Below are positions 23,346 to 29,902 of a stretch of DNA of 64,000 nucleotides, one piece after another. Made by a program: the position numbers and the translations under genes. The DNA is from Anaeromyxobacteraceae bacterium (lineage in GTDB: Bacteria; Myxococcota; Myxococcia; Myxococcales; Anaeromyxobacteraceae), in the NCBI GenBank assembly GCA_032654565.1, contig JAULAX010000007.1, positions 64,001-128,000 of the forward strand, read 5' to 3'. The notes beneath the pieces were generated by a model. The model was given only the letters and a program-made list of their open reading frames with translations. It did not search any database and was not told the origin of the DNA. Each line of letters begins with the position of its first letter. Within the stretch, counting starts at the first letter, position 1.

Positions 23346-23696
23346 TCAGTTCAGCTCGCCGCCCTGGAGCAGCGAGTCGAGCCGGACCACGAACTGGCCG
23401 CGGGTGAGCACCTCGTCCACCCCGGCCGCCCGGGCCTCGGCCATCAGCCCCTCCTGCAGGTGGCCGAGGAAGCCGATGACGCGGACCGGACCCAGCGCCT
23501 TCACGGCGCGGATCTGCTCGATCAGCCCGGCCTCGCCGAGGTCGGCCAGCACCGTGGGGCGCTCGATGCCGGCCACCGCCTCGGCCAGCGTCGAGCCGCG
23601 CGGGGCCAGCCGCAGGGGGACGCCCTGTCGCTCGGCCGCCGCGTGGATCTTGGAGCGGAAGACCAGGTCGCGCACCACCACCACCAGGGGCTTCAT
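23346..23696 (-). CDS. Small degenerate receiver-like protein
   Basis: DLVFRSKI...VLADL...IGFLGH...ARAAGVDEVLTRGQF pattern; GGAGG RBS. Confidence 0.6.
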   Translation of the reverse strand: MKPLVVVVRDLVFRSKIHAAAERQGVPLRLAPRGSTLAEAVAGIERPTVLADLGEAGLIEQIRAVKALGPVRVIGFLGHLQEGLMAEARAAGVDEVLTRGQFVVRLDSLLQGGELN

Positions 23697-23882
23697 GGCG
23701 ATCGTCCTCCGCTCCCGGGTTGGCTGCTAGAACGTGTATTCGTACCTGCGAGTGTAAACATCTCACGAAAGGCTGACGGGGCTGCGGTTTTGGCGGGCTG
23801 AAGCGCCAAAGTTTCAACCAGTAGGCCGATCCGGGCGGTTTCGGGGGGAGTTGTTGACACTTCGGTCTGGTGCGCCCGACGT

Positions 23883-25148
23883 CTATGAGAGGGGAGGCAA
23901 CAGCCTTCGGTCCACCCTGTCCTGCCTCCCGAAGAGGTCGAGCTTGAGGTAGTTCGGAGCGCCAGGCGGCACTTCGGCGCACGCCGCAGCCAGCATGGCG
24001 GCCGTGGCAGTAGCGAGGAATGGCGCCGCCGTGGCAACGCCATCATATGCGACGCGGCTGCATTCGTCCCGGATTTCGACAGGGACGCGCGCTGCCTCAT
24101 CGATCGGCCCGGCGACAACCTTGCGCTCCGGATACCTCTCGGAGAGCAGTGGGTCTGCGGCGCCATGCCTTGTGAAGAGAACAAGTCCGGCGTCGCGGGC
24201 GGCTCCGCCCACCGCTCCGTTGAGCAGCAGGCCCGCGCTGGTCGAGTCGAGAATGCGGCGGGTCTCGGGGTTGTCGACAGCGCACACGAACGTAGACCGC
24301 GGTATGTCCAGCTCCGGACTTCCACGGTCGACCACAACGTGACGACCTGAAGCACGAAGGCCGGATCGAGTCGAAGCCTCGGCGAGTGCGGCGGCCTTCG
24401 GGCGGCAGCGCATGACCTGGTCCTTGCCGATGAGGCACGTCGTCTCGAGGTTCGGCTCGTCGTAGGAGTCGCCGTCGAGGATATCGAGGCCAGCAGTCCA
24501 GTCCGAAAGCCAGAGCGTGTAGGCGAAAGCCGATCCGATTGCGCCCGCACCCAGGACCCCGACCTGCCCGCACTCGATGGATGCCAGTGTGTGTGCCGCG
24601 GGGGCATCGACGCCCACAGCGAGATCACTGACGGAGAAGGTCCACGAGTGCGCGTGACCGCCGCCCAGCAGCGTCTTGCTGAATACCTGAGCAAACACGC
24701 AGGACACGGCGAAGACGCTTGCCGGGACCTCTGCCGGAAGGTATCCCGGAAGCCAGGTGTTGACGCCAGCCACCCACCCAGCGGCATTCGCGACGAACTC
24801 GGCCCCGGCGCCGCCGATGTGGATTATGGGCTGACTAGAGGGTGATCCGTCGCGCCACTGAATCCTGCCGGCTTCGCCGAAAGCAGCGGCTGACTCCAAG
24901 AGTTGATCACCAAGGGTGCCGTGCTGAGATCCGACGCCGACCGCTCGAGGGTCACCATACACAAGGATGGGTCCCGTGAAGCACCGGAGAGCCAGAGTCG
25001 CGGCCACATGCGCCATGACCGCGCGCTTCACCGGCTCGAGGTCGTGAAGAACGATGGCAAGAGGGACACTTCGAGACTGCCGGCTCAGCGCGAGTGACGG
25101 CGCGGCCATGCGGACGTTGAGGAGCTTGTCGACTCTCGAGACGCGCAT
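23883..25148 (-). CDS. E1-like ThiF/MoeB-family adenylating enzyme, 421 aa (BilD-like)
   Basis: VGVLGAGAIGS (GxGxxG), DGDSYDEPNL, PKAAAL, CAVDNPETRR, candidate catalytic Cys in IRDECSR; ~190 aa N-terminal extra domain; GGAG RBS before ATG 25148, 7 nt after the JAB stop. Confidence 0.85.
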   Translation of the reverse strand: MRVSRVDKLLNVRMAAPSLALSRQSRSVPLAIVLHDLEPVKRAVMAHVAATLALRCFTGPILVYGDPRAVGVGSQHGTLGDQLLESAAAFGEAGRIQWRDGSPSSQPIIHIGGAGAEFVANAAGWVAGVNTWLPGYLPAEVPASVFAVSCVFAQVFSKTLLGGGHAHSWTFSVSDLAVGVDAPAAHTLASIECGQVGVLGAGAIGSAFAYTLWLSDWTAGLDILDGDSYDEPNLETTCLIGKDQVMRCRPKAAALAEASTRSGLRASGRHVVVDRGSPELDIPRSTFVCAVDNPETRRILDSTSAGLLLNGAVGGAARDAGLVLFTRHGAADPLLSERYPERKVVAGPIDEAARVPVEIRDECSRVAYDGVATAAPFLATATAAMLAAACAEVPPGAPNYLKLDLFGRQDRVDRRLLPPLS

Positions 25149-25155
25149 GGCGAAA

Positions 25156-25638
25156 TTACTCCAGGAGAACTCGCGCACTGACTTCTTCATCGGGTAGGCG
25201 CCGCCACTCCGATGTCGCCACGTACTCGTGCACCCCCGCACTGAGAAGATTCGGTGCTCGGGAGGCGAAGTACGGAAGCACGACAGCGAGCAATCCGATC
25301 CTGTACTCGATTGGGTGCGTCTCGTCGGTCGGCGACAGATCGACCCAGGCATCAGGATGAACGTGGACGTCCGCGATGAGGCTCTCGCCGCGCCTGCGCA
25401 TCTCGGCAAAGAGCTGCGCGACGCACTCGCGGCTGGCGCGGTGGAAGAGCGCACCGGCGTTCACTGGACCGAAGTCTTCCAGGAAGTGCACCGAGCGAAC
25501 GATCCACTTCTCTGCAGCGCGATCGCCCGACCAGACGCAAGCGGCTTCACGGACTCCACCACTGCGTGACCGAAGGCCGCTCCAAGTCAGGGCCCACAGC
25601 GGGCGGGAAACGTGAAGGATGGGAGGTGGATGCATCAT
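25156..25638 (-). CDS. JAB/JAMM (MPN+) metalloprotease, deubiquitinase-like (BilC-like)
   Basis: N-terminal Glu (VREAAC) and exact HxH-x7-S-x2-D motif HVHPDAWVDLSPTD; start overlaps the E2 stop (ATGA). Confidence 0.88.
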   Translation of the reverse strand: MMHPPPILHVSRPLWALTWSGLRSRSGGVREAACVWSGDRAAEKWIVRSVHFLEDFGPVNAGALFHRASRECVAQLFAEMRRRGESLIADVHVHPDAWVDLSPTDETHPIEYRIGLLAVVLPYFASRAPNLLSAGVHEYVATSEWRRLPDEEVSARVLLE

Positions 25639-26069
25639 GCTGCCCTTCCCGCGTAGTCATCCGAGGTGAGGAGCCGCTGGAGATAGTTGAAGACCTCTAT
25701 CGGCGAACTCCGGTCCCCTCGCCAGGCCGTTATGGCCGGGCTTTGCAGCCAATCCGGGTGGTGCTGGAGGCCCTCCCGGGTGAGCGGCATGCAGAGGAAG
25801 CAGTTCGGCGGGGGCTTCACGACCTCATGGAAGCGACCCGTACCCTTGGGCCACGCGTTCATCGTCGACGATGACCCAGCCGCATCGACGAAGACGACGG
25901 ACGGCGCGCGGCGAGGCAAGTCGTCGCACAGCAGGCGGACGATGTACCGCTCCTCGTCGCGCGCCGTGAGTCCAAACTGGAGCCGGTCCCCGTCACGCGT
26001 CACGACCCAGCCGTTGACGACCTTGAGCAGGTTCCAGTCCTGGGAAGCCATGAACTCGTCGAGAGTCAT
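25635..26069 (-). CDS. E2-like conjugating protein (CEHH-type, BilB-like)
   Basis: LPRRAPSVVFVD resembles the E2 YPxxPPxVxF strand; WP; CFLCMPLTREGLQHHPDW gives a C..E..HH arrangement; lies between the Ubl and JAB genes. Confidence 0.72.
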   Translation of the reverse strand: MTLDEFMASQDWNLLKVVNGWVVTRDGDRLQFGLTARDEERYIVRLLCDDLPRRAPSVVFVDAAGSSSTMNAWPKGTGRFHEVVKPPPNCFLCMPLTREGLQHHPDWLQSPAITAWRGDRSSPIEVFNYLQRLLTSDDYAGRAA

Positions 26070-26072
26070 TCG

Positions 26073-26333
26073 CTAGCCCTTCGCAACTTCCTCTGCGAGC
26101 ACCAGCTTGAGCACCACCGTCTCGCCGAGCGCGCCGACCTTGGTGTGCTCGTTCACGTCGACGTTGTTGAACTGGAGGACGTACCGACCGGCATCACCCG
26201 CGTTCAGCCCGAAGTGCTTCAGGGCCTGGACCTTGATGGCCTGCAGCGCCTCCCTGGCTGGCACCTCGGCCACGAAATCGTCCTTACCCACGTACTGAAC
26301 GGTTACGGCCACCTTCTTGCTCTCGTGTTCCAT
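26073..26333 (-). CDS. Ubiquitin-like (beta-grasp) protein, 86 aa, C-terminal Gly (BilA-like)
   Basis: AAGGAG RBS before ATG 26333; beta-beta-alpha-beta pattern (VAVTVQY/DFVAEV/LQAIKVQALKHF/YVLQF/LKLVL); ends EEVAKG-stop. Confidence 0.78.
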   Translation of the reverse strand: MEHESKKVAVTVQYVGKDDFVAEVPAREALQAIKVQALKHFGLNAGDAGRYVLQFNNVDVNEHTKVGALGETVVLKLVLAEEVAKG

Positions 26334-26414
26334 GTGACTGCTCCTTCCATCAAAGTGCCCGCCCACGGCGGGGCAGGTCTTCTATGGGACCCGCCATGCT
26401 TGCGTACCGCAATT

Positions 26415-26461
26415 TGCTAAGAACGTCAAGCAACCCCTAGCACTGCTTGCTCCGTCAAGCA
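26415..26461. promoter_or_regulatory. Two candidate operators TGCTTG-N6-CAAGCA in the divergent promoter
   Basis: Perfect inverted repeat TGCTTG-CTCCGT-CAAGCA at 26444-26461 and imperfect TGCTAA-GAACGT-CAAGCA at 26415-26432. Confidence 0.6.
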
Positions 26462-26508
26462 GCCGTAGTACAGTGGCAGTGCATTCGGTCCCACTCACGG
26501 AGGCACGT

Positions 26509-26898
26509 GTGACCACAAAGAGGCAACTTGTCCCGCAGTCGGCGCCGCAGTCCCTTGGCGAGTACCTCGCAAACATTCGAGCTTCGAAGCAGATGAAGCT
26601 CCGGGAGGTAGAGGAGGTAACAGGGCGCACTGTCTCAAACGCGTACCTGAGCCAGCTAGAGAACGGGAGGATTGGCAAACCGTCTCCGAACATTCTCCAC
26701 AGTCTTGCGAAGGCATACGCGGTGCCCTACGAACTCCTGATGGAGAAGGCTGGGTACGTGATGGCAGCTTCTGACCGGGTCGAGACAGCCAAGCATGGAC
26801 GAGTAGCGACCTTCGCGGACAAGAGCCTCACTCGAGAAGAAGAAGAGGCCCTACTTTCCTATCTAGCGTTTCTGCGGTCGAAGAGAAGCAAACGCTAA
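26509..26898 (+). CDS. capH: XRE-family HTH repressor (CapH-like)
   Basis: HTH MKLREVEE...VSNAYLSQLENG...PSPNILHSLA, then a C-terminal helix LTREEEEALLSYLAFLR; GGAGG RBS before GTG 26509. Confidence 0.75.
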   Translation: MTTKRQLVPQSAPQSLGEYLANIRASKQMKLREVEEVTGRTVSNAYLSQLENGRIGKPSPNILHSLAKAYAVPYELLMEKAGYVMAASDRVETAKHGRVATFADKSLTREEEEALLSYLAFLRSKRSKR

Positions 26899-27810
26899 GT
26901 GCGACCGCACGACAGCATCCACGATCGTAGGCACCTGGAACTGCTCCGGGCCCATGCGCGTTCAGCGCTCGAGGCTGCAGGTGCACTGGGCCGCCTGCCC
27001 ACACCCGTGTCCGAAGTGATGGACGCGGCGAAGCTGATCGTTGCCGAAGACGACCTGGATGAGTCGCTGGTTGCGCATCTGCGCAGGAAGACGGCTCGGG
27101 CTCGAGCCGTTCTCAAGGGAGCCCTGGGAAAGATCTGGGGCGTCCTCGATGCCAAGGCTCGCCTTGTTTACATTGACAAGGCCGTCCTTGGAGTCAAGCA
27201 GCGCTTCCTCAAGCTTCATGAGGCTGCGCACGCGCTGTTGCCATGGCAGCGAGACATCTACTCAGTCATCGAAGACAGCGAGGGAACTCTCGCTCCCGAG
27301 GTGAGCGAGAAGTTCGACCAGGAGGCGAACACATTCGCCTCCGAGGTGATGTTCCAGCTTGACGCCTTTGCGCTTGAAGCAAATGCGCACCCCTTTGGCA
27401 TTCGGGTGCCTCTCAACTTGAGCAAGCGATACGGGGCTTCAGTGTACGCGTCGGTGAGGCGCTACGTCTCCTGTCACCCAAGTCCTTGTGTTGTATTGGT
27501 GCTCGAGCCGCCTACCTATGGGAATGGCGTTGGCTTCGTTGCGCGCCTTAGGAGGGTAGTACCTTCACCGGAATTCGCTCGAATGTTCGGTGCATTAGAG
27601 TGGCCCGAGGCGTTCACTCCGAGCGATCGCGTCGGGGCATTGGTCCCCATCGGTGGGAGGAAGATGTCGCGACCTCGGGAGTTGCCTTTGACGGACGAGA
27701 ATGGGACGATTCACGACTGCGTAGCGGAAGGATTCACAACCACCCATCATGTGTTCGTCCTGATTCACGCACGCTCGGCGCTCACGGCTCGATCGATTGT
27801 GATGTCCTGA
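26899..27810 (+). CDS. capP: ImmA/IrrE-family Zn metallopeptidase (CapP-like)
   Basis: QRFLKLHEAAHALLPW (HExxH), EANTFASE, HTH-like SKRYGASVYASVRRY and a C-terminal GAF-like region; starts immediately after the HTH stop. Confidence 0.8.
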   Translation: MRPHDSIHDRRHLELLRAHARSALEAAGALGRLPTPVSEVMDAAKLIVAEDDLDESLVAHLRRKTARARAVLKGALGKIWGVLDAKARLVYIDKAVLGVKQRFLKLHEAAHALLPWQRDIYSVIEDSEGTLAPEVSEKFDQEANTFASEVMFQLDAFALEANAHPFGIRVPLNLSKRYGASVYASVRRYVSCHPSPCVVLVLEPPTYGNGVGFVARLRRVVPSPEFARMFGALEWPEAFTPSDRVGALVPIGGRKMSRPRELPLTDENGTIHDCVAEGFTTTHHVFVLIHARSALTARSIVMS

Positions 27811-27934
27811 GCAAGGGTCCCGACCTCTCCACCGGCCCAGAAGGCCACTCAGTGGTTGAGGAAGACATCTCGCCGAACGAAACAGCCACAGCAGGGGCAG
27901 GCCTCCGTCGATGTTGCCTTGTTCGCAAGGTCAG

Positions 27935-29122
27935 TCACCTTCCGCCATTGCCCCTTTCAGCGAGAGACAGAAGTCTCGTTGCCTCCGCAAGCCCGGCCCT
28001 AAACTCGGCGGATACAGTGACGGCTCCCTGCTCAAGCGAAATGCATCCCCCATCGACGAGGCTGCGAAACACAGAATAGAATTCAGGGGGAGATCCCAAC
28101 AAATACTGCGGATAGACAGCGCCACCGTCCATCCGAATGGTTGGCTCAACTTCGAGACCCCTGCCCTTCCTAAGGAGTGTTTGTCGCCGCCAAGCCTCAG
28201 TATCCTCCGTCGAAGCAAGGGCCTTAACGGCCGTGCGATACCTACTGTCAGCCTGAAGAAGCGTGAAGTAGCGCGACAAGGTTTCCCCCTCGCCGACGAG
28301 TTCCGCGAGCCCCTCTAGGCCACTCAATCCCCGTTCGCGATATACTCTCAGTGCGCTGGCCCGCCCCGGGAACTTCGGAAGCTTCGTCTGCTCCAGCAAA
28401 CGGTTGCGGAGCAATTTGGACCGGTTCCTCTTCCTCTCTGAGAGCGAGGAATATCCGGTGCCAACCACGATAATCAACACAACCCCAAGAACGCTTACGA
28501 GCGTGTACCCCACTGTTCGCAGCAACTGAACGCTCACCGGACCAAGGAATGCTGACGACAGTCTCCCCGGCGCCCGATCGCGCTGAGCCGATAGCAATAC
28601 AATGCGCCCTCCAGCGAACTTCCCAAAGGGCGCCATAGACGGCTCGGTGTTGCGTGGATGAATCACGATCAGGTCGAGCGAGAAGGCCTGTCCCCTATCA
28701 AGAACTAGGGTGGGAAACCTAACGCACTCCTCACCTTCGGTGAGCGTTCCAGTCAACGTCTTGTCCAGGTAGGCATCGCCTGTCTGCCGAACGGTAAGGG
28801 ACGCGACTCGACTATCACGCACGCAGAAGCCCCAGCCCAAGGCTGGGTCAAGCATTGCGGGCGCAATATCCACATCGCCCGTGTTTGAAATTCTCACAGT
28901 CATGGCGCGGGCGTGGCGCCCCAGCTTCGAAAGGTCTTCGCCACCGTACAACACGGTGAAACCGGAGAAGCTCGGCGCAAGATCGGTGAGGACCGCGTTC
29001 GAGGAGATCTCCATGGTGACTTCTGGGCGTGGCCGCGAGAAGTACTGCATTACGCCAAACACCATGCTCACGATCGAAAGGACAGTGAACAGGAGCTTGG
29101 CGGCGGTCTTTAGGAAAGTCAT
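27935..29122 (-). CDS. Hypothetical membrane protein (N-terminal TM, beta-rich domain, second TM, helical tail)
   Basis: 395-aa ORF with island-type codon usage and two hydrophobic segments (LLFTVLSIVSMVFGV; LVSVLGVVLIIVVG). Confidence 0.7.
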   Translation of the reverse strand: MTFLKTAAKLLFTVLSIVSMVFGVMQYFSRPRPEVTMEISSNAVLTDLAPSFSGFTVLYGGEDLSKLGRHARAMTVRISNTGDVDIAPAMLDPALGWGFCVRDSRVASLTVRQTGDAYLDKTLTGTLTEGEECVRFPTLVLDRGQAFSLDLIVIHPRNTEPSMAPFGKFAGGRIVLLSAQRDRAPGRLSSAFLGPVSVQLLRTVGYTLVSVLGVVLIIVVGTGYSSLSERKRNRSKLLRNRLLEQTKLPKFPGRASALRVYRERGLSGLEGLAELVGEGETLSRYFTLLQADSRYRTAVKALASTEDTEAWRRQTLLRKGRGLEVEPTIRMDGGAVYPQYLLGSPPEFYSVFRSLVDGGCISLEQGAVTVSAEFRAGLAEATRLLSLAERGNGGR

Positions 29123-29364
29123 GAATCAATCCCATTCGTTGCGCCGCACCGATACACTGCGTATCTAATGCGCTGAGGGCGCAGCGACCTCACCGCGTCC
29201 AGTCTCACGCGCGCTCCCGAGAAACACGTGCCCCCCACACACCACCCAAGTCTAGGCCGCTCCTGATGCAACCTGAGTGTGACGCGGAGCAAACTCCGAT
29301 GGCGCGAGATTGTCCAGCCAAGAGTGCGGGCGAACCTCGTTGTTGTCGAGGGAAGCGGAGAACG

Positions 29365-29396
29365 AAAAAGGGCAGAGGGCTCAAGGCCCTCCACCC
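29365..29396 (-). terminator. Intrinsic terminator downstream of ssb
   Basis: Minus strand GGGTGGAGGGC-CTTGA-GCCCTCTGCCC followed by TTTTT. Confidence 0.75.
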
Positions 29397-29426
29397 CTCT
29401 TGTGGACACTCCCGCCCAGGTAGGAA

Positions 29427-29900
29427 TTAGAAGGGAATGTCCTCGTGCCCGCCGCCGCTGCTGCCGCTGTCGTCGAACCCGGGCGGCGGACCGCCCTGGT
29501 CGTCGGGGCCGCCCTGGGGGGGACGCGCCCCGCCGCCGGGACCCGCGCCGGCGCCGCGGCCGGCGCCGCCGCCACCGCCGAGGAAGCGGACCGTGTCGGC
29601 CACCACCTTGACGCGGGAGCGCTTCTGCCCGGAGGTCTTGTCGTCCCAGGAGTCGGTCTTGAGCCGCCCCTCGACGTAGACCTGCCGGCCCTTGGCGAGG
29701 AACTCGCCGCACTGCTCGGCCTGCTTGCCCCAGACCTCCACGTCATGCCACTCGGTCTCCTCCTTCTTCTGGCCCGACTGCTTGTCGGTCCAGGAGCGGG
29801 AGGTGGCGATGCGGAGGTTGGCGACCGCCTGGCCGCCGGTGGTGTAACGGACCTCGGGGTCCTTGCCGAGGTTGCCGACCAGGATGACCTTGTTGACCAT
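29427..29900 (-). CDS. ssb: Single-stranded DNA-binding protein
   Basis: [35 protein letters not shown], Gly-rich linker, DIPF C-terminus. Confidence 0.97.
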   Translation of the reverse strand: MVNKVILVGNLGKDPEVRYTTGGQAVANLRIATSRSWTDKQSGQKKEETEWHDVEVWGKQAEQCGEFLAKGRQVYVEGRLKTDSWDDKTSGQKRSRVKVVADTVRFLGGGGGAGRGAGAGPGGGARPPQGGPDDQGGPPPGFDDSGSSGGGHEDIPF

Positions 29901-29902
29901 GG

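Larger units (their letters stand above)
23733..29427. mobile_element. Lower-GC genomic (defence) island inserted at the 3' end of ssb
   Basis: Abrupt rise in A/T and A/T-ending codons between ~23730 and ~29430; imperfect inverted repeats at both ends; no integrase or transposase visible. Confidence 0.75.

Noticed and set aside
23730..23760. Tn7-like end (TGT start, 5-bp duplication)
   Set aside because: No matching terminal ACA at the right boundary and no tns genes; kept only as generic inverted repeats.
25149..25454. N-terminal extension of the E1 ORF (523-aa call)
   Set aside because: It overlaps the JAB gene in another frame; an RBS-preceded ATG at 25148 follows the JAB stop.
23883..26333. 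Interpretation as CBASS/Pycsar (Cap2/Cap3) or as a ThiS/MoaD sulfur-transfer pathway
   Set aside because: No CD-NTase or cyclase and no effector is present; a dedicated Ubl and a separate E2 are present; there are no thiamine, Moco or cysteine synthesis genes and no rhodanese domain.
27811..27934. Possible integron attC site between capP and the membrane gene
   Set aside because: No convincing RYYYAAC...GTTRRRY pairing or extended hairpin, and no integron integrase.
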